This document shows positions 50,201-62,239 of a DNA stretch of 64,000 nucleotides, one piece after another (within the stretch, counting starts at the first letter, position 1; each line of letters opens with the position of its first letter). The notes under the pieces are model-generated. The model did no database searches and was not told where the DNA came from. It worked only from the letters and a program-made list of their open reading frames with translations. A program made the position numbers and the translations under genes. Source of the DNA: Phyllobates terribilis (lineage: Eukaryota); NCBI RefSeq assembly GCF_046119375.1, contig NW_027362772.1, forward strand, positions 47,430,001-47,494,000. The letters run 5' to 3'.

Positions 50201-50949
50201 ACTGTGGGTTGACAGTAAGTGGGATCTCCAACCTCATCATCATCACCATGTGCGTTATCACACCCGTCGTCCTCAGAGCCAACCTGTTCCTGCCCTGACA
50301 AAAAACTAAAGTTGTCGCTCCAATCAGGTATTTGAGTCTTATCATCATCTTCCTCATTGTCTCCACCAACAGGAGTTACAGTTTGGGAATGAGGGTCTAC
50401 ATTATGGTCAGAACCTTCTGCGTCTGGTCCTGGATCCGACTCATAAAGATTCTGGGCATCAGTGCAGATCATTTCCTCGTCTGGATTCACAGAAGCGCTG
50501 GAGTCGACCTCTGATTCCCAGTCTATAGTATGAGTAAACAGCTCTGCAGACTCAACCATCTGTTCTACCTCATACTCAGACGGGCAGCTGGAGATTTGGG
50601 AGCTGTGAGGAAGCAAGTGCGATTGGGGTGACACCTTTGAGGACTGGAGTATTTGTGATGTTGAAGTTGATGTGGAGGAGAGCCCACTTAAAGGAGCACT
50701 TGATATCCGTTGAAGCACCTGCTGTTTTTGTGCCTCATCTGGAATTTGTAGCGATTGGCGTGGCCGTAAGAAAGGGATCTTATCACATTGTCTGCTAAAA
50801 GAAGTAGACATTTTAGTTTGGCTGGAAGATGGTCTTTCTTCTGCAGATGTTACTGTTGCTTTAACACCTACCCCACGGACACAAACTTTTTTCCCCTTCC
50901 CAACACGCCTATTCCCCTTTCCACCAGCAGCAGGCCTTTTTCCACTCAT
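47249..50949 (-). pseudogene. hAT transposase (BED finger, DDE core, C-terminal dimerisation domain), ~1230 aa when repaired; one frameshift and one nonsense codon
   Basis: BED finger AWAFF...ICNICQQKL...MNRHMDMKH; core TTDTWTS, VCDNAANL, PCMAHVLNLVV, CDVPTRWNSTLHML; hATC domain FWASNLDKWPEL...CPAASVLSERVFSAAG...RTRLS. A 1-nt deletion at ~48615-48617 and an in-frame TAA at 48518-48520 separate the ORFs 48586-50949, 48518-48859 and 47249-48511. Confidence 0.93.
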
Positions 50950-51049
50950 TTTGGTGGTTAACTAATTCACAACTCTGGAGTTGTTGGCACAAAAAAACAA
51001 TGGATGGGAACCGAGCAGAGCTGAGTGGCCAAACTGTGGTATTAGGGGA

Positions 51050-52135
51050 AAACTATTGGCTGGGTTAGATGCAGAAAAAAATTATATTCAATTTGCAACC
51101 TGATGGAGGTCAGTATAGATGGACTAATAGAGAAAGTCCCACACACTGCTAGAAGGCCAAATATTTTTTCAGAGCTAGATGCAGACAAAAAATTATTTTG
51201 AATTTGCAACCTGATGGAGGTCAGTATAGGTGGACTAATAGAACAAGTCCCACACACTGCTAGAAGGCCAAATATTTTTTCAGAGCTAGATGCAGAAAAA
51301 AATTATATTCAGTTTGCAACCTGATGGAGGTCTGTATAGATGGATTAATAGAACAAGTCCCACACACAGCTAGAAGCCCAAATATTTTTTCAGAGGTAGA
51401 TGCAGATAAAAATTATTTTTAATTTGCAACCTGATGGAGGTCAGTATAGATGGACTAATAGAGAAAGTCCCACACACTGCTAGAAGGCCAAATATTTTTT
51501 CAGAGCTAGATGCAGATATAAATTATATTCAATTTGCAACCTGATGGAGGTCAGTATAGATGGACTAATAGAACAAGTCCCACACACAGCTAGAAGCCCA
51601 AATATTTTTTCAGAGGTACTGTAGATGCAGATAAAAATTATTTTTAATTTGCAACCTGATGGAGTTCAGTATAGATGGACTAATAGAGAAAGTCCCACAC
51701 AGTGCTAGAAGGCCAAATATTTTTTCAGAGCTAGATGCAGATAAAAATTATTTTTAATTTGCAACCTGATGGACGTCAGTATAGATGGACTAATAGAGAA
51801 AGTCCCACACACTGCTAGAAGGCCAAATATTTTTTTCAGAGCTAGATGCAGATAAAAATTATATTCAATTTGCAACCTGATGGAGGTCAGTATAGATGGA
51901 CTAATAGAACAAGTCCCACACACAGCTAGAAGCCCAAATATTTTTTCAGAGGTACTGTAGATGCAGATAAAAATTATTTTTAATTTGCAACCTGATGGAG
52001 GTCAGTATAGATGGTCTAATACAACAAGACCCACACACAGCTAGAAGCCCAATATTTTTTCAGAGGTAGATGCAGAAAAAAATATATTCAGTTTGCAACC
52101 TGATGGAGGTCAGTATAGATGGACTAATAGAATGA
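51050..52135. repeat. 110-bp tandem repeat (~10 units) upstream of the transposase start
   Basis: TTTGCAACCTGATGGA recurs near 51092, 51203, 51313, 51423, 51533 and onward. Confidence 0.95.
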
Positions 52136-53049
52136 TGCTATGCCCAAAAGATTTTACTTCACTAGGTGCAGTAAAATAATTGGTATTCTATACACAGGTG
52201 GTATATCTTGCAACACAGATAGGCTACTCCACTGACTAACACACTCTGCAATAGGCCAAAAAGGATTAGCTTTGCTAGATTCAGCCAAATGCTGTGAAAA
52301 AAACTTGCACAGCACTGGCACAGACCTGCCTGGCAAAAACTGATAGGAACTGATGTAACCTAGTCCTGAAAAGGACTCCAATTACAATTAGTCTTTACTC
52401 CCACAATCTATCTATTTAAGAGCACAGACCTGCCTGATAAAAGTCATAGGAAATGCTGTAACCTAGTCCTTAAAAGGACTGCAATCACAACTATTCCCTA
52501 CTCCCAAGCTATCTGTAGATTTGTGCGAAAATTGGCTTGAAATTAACAAGGTATAGCGCACACAGCAACAGCGGTGCCGTCTAACACGCAGCTGCAGCAG
52601 TGAGAAAATGGTGGCGACGGGGAAAATGGCTTGGTCTTATAGGGCAAGGACATGTGACATACACTGCCAATGACACATGCCCTTGCTTGTGTGAAAAAAA
52701 GCACTTCGCTCCGTGTGTGCGCTGCTGATAGGCTGACAGATTGCACCTCCCCACTGTAAATGCGGGAAAGAGAAAAAAAAAATGGAGATCTTCATTGTTC
52801 CTGCAGAGATCCATCCCCTGCCCCTCCCCCCACCCCGCTGTACACTCAAACTGCGTATTAACATTAATTTTCATCATTACTGAGAAAAAATCCAGTTATG
52901 ATTTTGGTGCACGAACAGTTATCGAACATAACCTCGAACAGCCAAATTTTTCTCAAATTGTTCGTGTTCGCCGAACGGCTCGAACACCGCCCAAAACAGC
53001 TCGAATTTGAGATTGGCGAACAGTTCGAGTAGAACAACGCTCATCTCTA

Positions 53050-56000
53050 GTGAGCATGGGAGCATCTGAGGGTGAGCGTGAGAGGGTATGAGCGTGTGAG
53101 GGTGAGCATGGGAGCGTGTGAGGGTGAGCATGGGAGCGTGTGAGGGTGATCGTGGGATGGTGAGCATGTGAGGGTGAGGGTGAGTGTGTGAGGGTGATCG
53201 TATGAGGGTGAGCGTGTGAGAGTGAGGGTGAGCGTGTGGGTGGGAGGATGTGCGTGTGAGGGTGTGAGCGTCTGAGGGTGTGCGTGTGAGAGTGAGAGTG
53301 TGAGGGTGAGTGTGAGAGGGTGAGCGTGAGAGGGTGTGCGTGAGAGGGTGAGCGTGTGAAGATGAGAGTGTGAAGGTGAGCGTGTGAGGGTGAGCGTATG
53401 AGGGTGTGCGCGTAAGGGTGTGCATGTGAGGGTGTGCGTGTGAGGGTGAGCGTGTGAGGGTGAGCGTGTGAGGGTGAGCATGTGAGGGTGAGCATGTGAG
53501 GGTGAGCGTGTGAGGGTGAGTGTGAGCGTGTGAGAGTGAGTTTGAGTGTGTGAGTGTGAGAGGGTGAGCTTGTGAGGGTGAGCGTGTATGGGTGAGCGTG
53601 TGAGGGTGAGCGGGTGAGGGTGAGCGTGTGAGAGTGTAAGCGTCTGTGGGTGTGTGTGTGAGCATGTGAGGGTGAGCGTGTGAAAGTGAGCGTGTGAGGG
53701 TGAGAGCATCTGAGGGTGTGCGTGTGAGGGGGTGAGGGTGAGCATGTGAGGGTGTGAGGGTCTGAGGGTGTGCATGTGAGTGGGTGAGGGTGAGCGTGTG
53801 AACGTGAGTGGGAGAGCGTGAGAGGGTGAGCGTGAGAGGGTGAGCGTGTGAGGCTGTGCGTGTGAGGGTATGCGTGTGAGGGTGTGCATGTGAGGGTGTG
53901 CGTGTGAGGGTGTGCGCGTGAGGGTGTGCGTGTGAGGGTGAGCGAGTGAGGATGTTCGTGTGAGGGTAAGCATGTGAGGGTGAGCGTGTGCGTGTGAGAG
54001 TGAGCGTGTGAGAGTGATGGGGTGAGTGTGAGAGGGTGAGCGTGTGAGGGTGTGAGCATCTGAGGGTGTGCATGTGAGCGGGTGAGGGTGAGCGTGTGAG
54101 GGTGAGTGGGAGAGCGTGAGAGGGTGAGCGTGTGAGGGTGAGACTGTGCAGTTGAAGGTGTGCGTGTGAGGGTGTGAGCCTGTGAGGGTGAGCATGTGAG
54201 GGTGAGCATGGGAGCGTGTGAGGGTGAGCGTGTGAGGGTGTGAGCGTCTGAGGGTGTGCATGTGAGCGGGTGAGGGTGAGCGTGTGAGGGTGAGTGGGAG
54301 AGCGTGAGAGGGTGAGCGTGAGAGGGTGAGCGTGTGAGGCTGTGCGTGTGAGGGTATGCGTGTGAGGGTGTGCATGTGAGGGTGTGCGTGTGATTGTGTG
54401 CGTGTGAGGATAAGCATGTGAGGGTGTGCGTGTGAGGGTGAGCGTGTGAGGGTGTGCGTGTGAGGGTAAGCATGTGAGGGTGAGCGTGTGAGAGTGAGGG
54501 TGTGAGTGTGAGAGGGTGAGCGTGTGAGGGTGAGCATGTGAGGGTGAGCGTGTGAGTGTGAGGGTGAGCGTGTGAGGGTGTGCGTGTGAGGGTGTGCGTG
54601 TGAGGGTGTGCGTGTGAAGGTGAGCGTAGGAGCGTGTGAGGGTGAGCGTGGGAGCATGTGAGGGTGAGCGTCTGAGGGTGAGCATCTGAGGGTGAGCATC
54701 TGAGGGTGAGCATCTGAGGGTGAGCGTCTGAGGGTGAGGGTGTGCGGTTGAGGGTGTGCGTGTGAGGGTGTGAGCGTGTGAGGGTGAGCATGTGAGGGTG
54801 AGCATGGGAGCATCTGAGGGTCAGCGTGGGAGGGTGTGAGCGTGTGAGGGTGAGCATGGGAGCGTGTGAGGGTGAGCGTGGGAGCGTGTGAGGTTGAGCG
54901 TGGGAGGGTGAGCATGTGAGGGTGAGGGTGAATGTGTGAGGGTGATCGTATGAGGGTGAGAGTGTGAGAGTGAGGATGTGCGTGTGAGGGTGAGAGCGTC
55001 TGAGGGTGTGAGAGTGAGAGTGTGAGGGTGAGTGTGAGAGGGTGAGCGTGAGAGGGTGTGCGTGAGAGGGTGAGAGTGTGAAGATGAGAGTGTGAAGGTG
55101 AGCGTGTGAGGGTGAGCGTGTGAGGGTGAGCGTGTGAGGGTGAGCGTATGAGGGTGTGCGCGTGAGGGTGTGCATGTGAGGGTGTGTGTGTGAGGGTGAG
55201 CGTAGGAGCGTGTGAGGGTGAGCATGGGAGCATGTGAGGGTGAGCGTCTGAGGGTGAGCATCTGAGGGTGGGCGTCTGAGGGTGAGCGTCTGAGGGTGAG
55301 CGTCTGAGGGTGAGAGTGTGCGGTTGAGGGTGTGCGTGTGAGGGTGTGAGCGTGTGAGGGTGAGCATGTGAGGGTGAGCATGGGAGCGTGTGAGGGTGAG
55401 CGTGTGAGGGTGTGAGCGTCTGAGGGTGTGCATGTGAGCGGGTGAGGGTGAGCGTGTGAGGGTGAGAGGGTGAGCGTGAGAGGGTGAGCGTGAGAGGGTG
55501 AGCGTGAGAGGGTGAGCGTGAGAGGGTGAGCGTGTGAGGGTATGCGTGTGAGGGTGTGCATGTGAGGGTGTGCGTGTGAGGGTGTGCGTGTGAGGGTAAG
55601 CATGTGAGGGTGTGCGTGTGAGGATGAGCGTGTGAGGGTGTGCGTGTGAGGGTAAGCATGTGAGGGTGAGCGTGTGCGTGTGAGAGTGAGGGTGTGAGAG
55701 GGTGAGCGTGTGAGGGTGAGCATGTGAGGGTGAGCGTGTGAGTGTGAGGGTGAGCGTGTGAGGGTGTGCATGTGAGGGTGTGCGTGTGAGGGTGTGCGTG
55801 TGAGGGTGAGCGTAGGAGCGTGTGAGGGTGAGCGTGGGAGCATGTGAGGGTGAGCGTCTGAGGGTGAGCATCTGAGGGTGAGCATCTGAGGGTGAGCGTC
55901 TGAGGGTGAGCGTCTGAGGGTGAGGGTGTGCGCTTGAGGGTGTGCGTGTGAGGGTGTGAGCGTGTGAGGGTGAGCATGTGAGGGTGAGCATGGGAGCATC

Positions 56001-58130
56001 TGAGGGTGAGCGTGAGAGGGTGTGAGCGTGTGAGGGTGAGCATGGGAGCGTGTGAGGGTGAGCGTGGGAGCGTGTGAGGGTGAGCGTGGGAGGGTGAGCA
56101 TGTGAGGGTGAGGGTGAGTGTGTGAGGGTGATCGTATGAGGGTGAGCGTGTGAGAGTGAGGGTGAGCGTGTGCGTGTGAGGATGTGCGTGTGAGGGTGTG
56201 AGCGTCTGAGGGTGTGCGTGTGAGAGTGAGAGTGTGAGGGTGAGTGTGAGAGGGTGAGCGTGTGAGGGTGAGCGTGTGAGGGTGAGCGTATGAGGGTGTG
56301 CGCGTAAGGGTGTGCATGTGAGGGTGTGCGTGTAAGGGTGAGCGTGTGAGGGTGAGCGTGTGAGGGTGAGCATGTGAGGGTGAGCGTGTGAGGGTGATTG
56401 TGAGCGTGTGAGGGTGATCGTGTTCATGTGAGAATGAGCATGTGAGGGTGAGCGGGTGGTTGTGAGGGTGATCGTGTGAGAGTGAGGGTGAGCGTGTGAG
56501 GGTGAGCGTGTGAGGGTGATCGTGTGAGGGTGAGAGTGAGCGTGTGAGGGTGAGGTGAGAGTGTGCGTCTGAGGGTGTGCGTGTGAGGGTGTGCATGTGA
56601 GGGTGTGCGTGTGAGGGTGAACATGTGATGGTGAGTGTGTGAGGGTGAGCGTGTGAGGGTGAGCGCCTAAGGGTGAGGGTAAGCGTGTGAGAGTGTGAGC
56701 GTCTGTGGGTGTGCGTGTGAGTGTGCGAGGGTGAGCGTGTGAGAGTGAGCGTGTGAGGGTGAGTGCATCTGAGGGTGTGCGTGTGAGGGTGAGTGGGAGA
56801 GCGTGAGAGGGTGAGCGTGTGAGGGTGAGCGTGTGAGGGTGAGGGTGTGCGTGTGAGGGTGTGCATGTGAGGGTGTGCATGTGAGGGTGAGCGTGTGAGG
56901 GTGAGCGTGAGCATGTGAGATTAAGGGTGAACGTGTGAGGGTGTGAGTGTGAGAGGGTGAGCGTGTGGGGGTGAGCGGGTGAGGGTGAGCGGGTGAGGGT
57001 GAGCGGGTGAGGGTGTGAGCGTGTGAGGGTGTGAGCATGTGAGGGTGAGCGTGTGAGGGTGAGCTTGTGAGGGTGAGCATGTGAGGGTGAGCGTGTGAAG
57101 GTGAGCGTGTGAGTGTGAGCGTGTGAGGGTGAGCATGTGAGGGTGAGCGTGTGAGGATGTTCGTGTGAGGGTGTGCGTGTGAAGGTGAGCGTGTGAGGGT
57201 GAGCGTAGGAGCATGTGAGGGTGAGCGTGGGAGCATGTGAGGGTGAGCGTCTGAGGGTGTGCGTCTGAGGGTGAGCGTGTGAGCATCTGAGGGTGAGCGT
57301 CTGAGGGTGAGGGTGTGCAGTTGAGGGTGTGCGTGTGAGGGTGAGCATGTGAAGGTGTGAGCGTGTGAGAGTGAGCGTGTGAGGGTGAGCGTGTGAGGGT
57401 GAGCGTGTGAGGGTGTGAGCGTGGGAGCATGTGAGGGTGAGCATGGGAGCGTGTGAGGGTGAGCGTGGGATCGTGTGAGGGTGAGCGTCTGAGGGTGAGC
57501 GTGTGTGGGTGAGCGTGTGAGGGTGAGCGTAGGAGCGTATGAGGGTGGGAGCATCTGAGGGTGAGCGTCTGAGGGTGAGCGTCTGAGGGTGTGAGGGTGA
57601 GCGTGTGAGGGTGAGCGTGTGAGGGTGAGCGTCTGAGGGTGAGCGTCTGAGGGTGAGTGTCTGAGGGTGAGCGTCTGAGGATGAGCGTCTGAGGGTGAGC
57701 ATCTGAGAGTTTGACTGTGAGCGTCTGAGGTTGAGGGTGAGCGTGTGTGGGTGAGCGTGTGAGGGTGTGAGCGTTTGAGGGTCAGCATGTGAGGGTGAGC
57801 GATTGAGAATGAGCGTGTGAGGGTGAGCGGGTGAGGGTGAGCGTCTGAGGGTGAGGGTGAGCGTGTGAGGGTGAGCGTGAGAGGGTGAGCGTCTGAGGGT
57901 GAGCGCCTGAGGATGAGGGTGTGCATGTGGGGGTGAGCGTGTGAGGGTGAGCGTGTGAGGGTGAGCATTTGAGGGTGAGCGTGTGAGGGTGAGCACGTGA
58001 CGGTGAGCGTGTGAGGGTGAGCGTGTGAGGGTGACGGTGTGAACGTGAGTGGGTGAGGGTGTGAGGGTGAGAATGTGAGCGTCTGTGGGTGTGCGTGTGA
58101 GCGGGTGAGGGTGAGCGTGTGAGGGCGAGA
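53050..58130. repeat. G-rich satellite, right block
   Basis: Same repeat as 35790-42660, resuming exactly after the hAT TSD. More degenerate toward 56.4-58.1 kb. Confidence 0.97.
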
Positions 58131-58481
58131 GTGTAAATTTGGCACCAATATCTCTGATTGGTCGCGCCCGGCGGCATCGCCGCTGACCTCCATGCGGCTA
58201 CCGTCGGGAGATCAGCGGCTAGGGCCGCTGATCTCCCGACGGCAAGTGTGAAGGGAGGACCGGGGAGCGGCACCGCTGGTCGGGATACTTCTGCTGCGAG
58301 CAGCCGGTCATCTCCCGGCTGCATCGCCACTGACCTCCGTGAGGCAGATGAGCCGCTAATGGCCGCCATCTTGTTCTGAAATCCCGCATCGCTGATTGGC
58401 CGCAGCCGGACCAATCAGCGACGCAGGATTTCCTGGACAGAAGGACAGACAGACGGGATAAGACAATTATATATATTAGAT

Positions 58482-59100
58482 GAGGCCAATGTGTGGACAA
58501 TACATCAGGATAGGGGACAGTATTACTAGAAGGGGCCCAGCATGGAGGGCAAATATTCCTGGAAGGGGCCCACGATATGGGACATTATACAAGAAAGGTG
58601 CTCAGGATAAAGGACGTTATTACTGTAAGGGGCACAGAATGGGGGACATTATACCAGAAAGGGGCATTATTACAGGAAGGAGTGCAGAATGGGAACATTA
58701 CACCAGGATGGAGGGCATTATTACTGGAAGGGGCCCAGGATAGGGAAAATTATACCAGGAAGGGGCCAGGGTAGGGACATTATTACAGGAAGGGACTCAG
58801 GATGAGGAACATTACAGCAGGAAGGGGGCCAGGAGGTGGGCCATTAAACCAAAGAGGGGCCCAGTATGTTGAACATTATTGGAAGAGGCCAATGATGGAG
58901 AACATTTTTACCAGGAGGGGCACAAGATGTTGAACATTATTATTGCAATAGGCCCAGAATGGGGGAAATTATTACTGAAAGGAGCACAGAATGGGGGACA
59001 TTATTACTGGAAAGAGCCAGGATGGAGAACATTATACCAAGAAGCGGCCCAGGATGGGTGACATTCATACAGGATGAGGGACATTTATTACATTATGGGG
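58482..59100. repeat. Degenerate ~31-33-bp minisatellite (ATTATTACTGGAAGGGGCCCAGGATGGGGGAC-like)
   Basis: Repeated units at 58.5-59.1 kb and the same units at ~35470-35548. Followed by a possible transposon terminus CTAGTTATACCACTG ending at 59151. Confidence 0.8.
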
Positions 59101-59969
59101 GACAGGTCGAAATTTTGCACTGGGGCCCATTGGACTCTAGTTATACCACTGTTTGCCATAATTGACAACATAACTTTATTGTACATGTCATATCTAAGGA
59201 TGAGAAAATCCTAAATAATTTGGCAGACTCACTTGAATTCAATCAGGAAATTTGTTTTGCATCATGACGTCACGAGGAATATGGCTGACCGCTGTGATGA
59301 TAAAAGAGGACCGGAGGCACCTAGAAGAGGACCAGAGGAGCAAGCGTAGAAAAACATCTGATGACCAGGGAGAGGTGAATGTTATATTTTTTATATTTTT
59401 TTAGTCCCTTGTCAGCCCTTTATAAATGACAAGAAAACCAGATTTGGGTGAATCCGATTTTTTTTGCGTAAAATTCTAAGCAAATTAAATTTGCCTTCAA
59501 TTGATTTGTAAAAGACCTGGGAAGCATATGAAGTGCAAAAAGGTCTTATCTATTATAAAATTAAATAGATTTTAAAAAGGTTATGCTAGCATGGTATGGT
59601 TATGTTCACACAACAGTTTTCAAGACATGGGTATTCAGCTGCTGCAGATCCACCGGTCATCAGACCAAATCAAATTGATGGAGCAAAAAACGTGGATTTG
59701 CCGCGCTGCTGTTGGACTGATGAAATGATCCTGGATACACAGAACTATATTAATTGTGGTTTTATTATCAACGCATTTTGAAGTTGACGCACTTCTTCTT
59801 CAGGATGTAACCACATTTGCTCATTTCTTGTCTTGACCAATTTAAGCATACACCTAATAAGTGTATATTTTTTATCGGAAAATATTTTTTTATTAAGTTA
59901 TATTTATTTTTGGACTCACGTTTATTATACTTTTTTCTTTACTATTTTCAATTTTAAATAATTTTTATT

Positions 59970-60545
59970 TGTTACTGTGAAGACACGGGGGTCAGTGGGT
60001 GCTCTTGTCTGAGGCTTCGGCTGTCTTTAGAAAGACCGCACGGACCAGGACTCATACCACTGAATGCCTGCACTCTTATACTGTGGGCAGGACACTACTC
60101 AGACAACACAGGGTGATGGTAAACTGTTTGGCTGTAATTTATTGAACCACCAGCAATCAAAAACATATAGAACAGTCCCAGTAAATTCACAAGATGGTTC
60201 ATATCTCACCCTTCTGCTGGCCCGCTGGGATTAGAGCAGTGAGGTATGTGGCCAGGTGACTTGATTGTCCCAACCTGGATTCTTCAAATCGTCTCTGAGG
60301 GCTCAGCAATGTTCAATGGAGCAGATCTGTATTTTTCCAGCCAGGACTGTGGTCCCTTAGGCTGACGTCCTGTAGAGTCTCTCAGAACAGAAGCAGAGAC
60401 CCCATTTTTATAGTTCACATTTGTCCTATCCAGCCATCATTCACAGGTCAAAACTCAGGGATCATGATATTAATTCACAATGCTCAAATATCCACAGCTC
60501 ATCCCCCAGTGTTAACTGGCAAACACCCTACAATGTTATTTAACA
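59970..60545 (-). mobile_element. Probable solo LTR
   Basis: TGTTAC ... TTAACA termini, flanks TATT/TATC, minus-strand TATAAAA at ~60405-60412 and AATAAA at 60138-60143. Confidence 0.45.
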
Positions 60546-61426
60546 TATCTTATCAAACATCCATTGTTCAGAGTCCCTGTATTGCAAAACTAGCAGACGA
60601 TAACGTTGTAGGAGCTGGTTTTAGATGTAAATAACAGCTATTCATCAATTACCAAATATAAACTCAAGTAATCAACATTCAGGTTTATACGAACAATAGT
60701 CTGTGTTGATCAATCAAAGAAAAAGATAAGTTAAAAAGTCAACATAAAAATAAAGGTATGTGGGCTCCTGGCCTACAGAATGTATGTCTGGCATAATTAA
60801 GAAAAAAACTGTGTTGTCACAGTTAATTTTACATACTTTTTTCTAGTCCCATTAGGAACCATATATGTTTTTTTTATGATTTTTGGTCAGATGTCCATAT
60901 GACATTACATACCAGTTTGTGAATGTAAAAAACACATTAATTGGGGATCATTCTCTTTTTTTTTTACCCTCTGCCTTCATTTGGACTTTTGACACTGCTG
61001 CTGACTTTTTAACTCTTTTTTTTAGCTCCTTTCAGCTGATTTATGACCACAGACCACATGAATGTGGGTGAAACAAAGAGTCTGTAAAACCTAAATGGTG
61101 CAACATTTTTAATGAAACCCAAATGCAAAAATGATTTTTAGCCTCAAACGCATGCATTTAAGTAAGATTTAAAAAAAGATTCCCAAAGATGGACAACCCC
61201 TATGTAAGATGTGCCCTGACATGGGTTTATACTGGACAGTTCTGTAAACCTCTAATGCCACCCTTGTGGTGGCATTATGAAGTGTGCTTGCTCCCACTGT
61301 CAAACCGCAATTTGCATTGATGCAAAAAGGGCCAAGTGATCAGGATCATAAGTGCTGGAGGACGGCTGTCAATCAGAACTATCCTCCAATGGTTGATGGC
61401 ACGGGTTTAGTTACTCATTGATTATA

Positions 61427-61884
61427 AGTGACAACTTCACAGTCCAGTCCTCAGTCTATAATATTTCATGGAACTCAACCGGACCATGATCGGACATCAT
61501 CTGATGAGTGCTTGATCAAGCAAAATTAGTAACATGCACACGATATATAGAGGAAATGTTCTAATTCACGTCAGTCCAGCATTGTTTCCCAATCTGCTTT
61601 CCTCACTTGCTTCATGTTGACCAATATCACTCATAGTGAGAAGTTGGCACATTTTGAGATGGAGCAGAGATTCAGTATTTGTCAAAATACCTTAATGGCA
61701 CCCGTCCATCCAATAATTATACTCTTTGCCGAATTAATGCCATTTATATCACCACGTTATTGCCCATTGTGATGTTGCAAAGAACTGGGGGGGACTTGAA
61801 TCTCTCTCAGGAACTGAAAGAGAAATGAGTGCACATGTGCTTTCAAAATTGTTGGCTTGTCACAATTTTTCATAAAACTGACTG
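61427..61884. repeat. Diverged dispersed repeat, copy 2 (homologous to 1076-1512)
   Basis: Same ordered blocks as copy 1, in the same orientation. Confidence 0.7.
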
Positions 61885-62239
61885 CAACTACGATTAAGGG
61901 TTCTTCTACGTGAAACGCGTAAGCATTATTTTTTTTTTACAATATGTGCACATTCTGCCAATTTTTATTTAAACCACCACCCACCAATATCTGTTAGATG
62001 TTCGGAAATGCGCTTTTTAAGATTTCTAGTAGTACAGCCTATATACATTTTGTCACAAAGTGTACAATTTATGGCATATACTATGTTATTGATAGTGCAA
62101 TTGATATATTGTTTGAAGGCATGACATCCAGAATGATCACTGTTGGTAAATTGTTTGGTGACAATGACAAGCTGACATTCTGCAGCGAATCAGCCCACAC
62201 TTATAAATGCCTTTACATCTGAGCCATGTATGATGATAA

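Larger units (their letters stand above)
42661..53049 (-). mobile_element. 10,389-bp hAT DNA transposon with transposase gene and nested cargo
   Basis: Imperfect TIRs TAGTGTTGAGCC / TAGAGATGAGCG, perfect 8-bp TSD GTGAGCAT (42653-42660 / 53050-53057), sub-terminal GTTCG/CGAAC clusters and a hAT transposase inside. Confidence 0.95.
35549..58480 (-). mobile_element. Probable non-autonomous Helitron (~22.9 kb with its expanded satellite and the inserted hAT)
   Basis: On the minus strand it starts A|TCTAATATATATAATTGTC (5' TC) and ends with a hairpin CCCGAT-N8-ATCGGG (35559-35578) then CCACCATCTA|T (CTRR end one base short). It sits between A and T, there is no TSD, and the same ~32-bp host minisatellite continues on both sides. 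Confidence 0.6.

Noticed and set aside
35790-58130. True or interstitial telomere array
   Set aside because: The unit is ~14 bp with TGAGGG, not tandem TTAGGG, and it is enclosed by transposon-like ends.
52919-58414. Second set of long His-rich ORFs (up to 1649 aa)
   Set aside because: Same satellite artefact.
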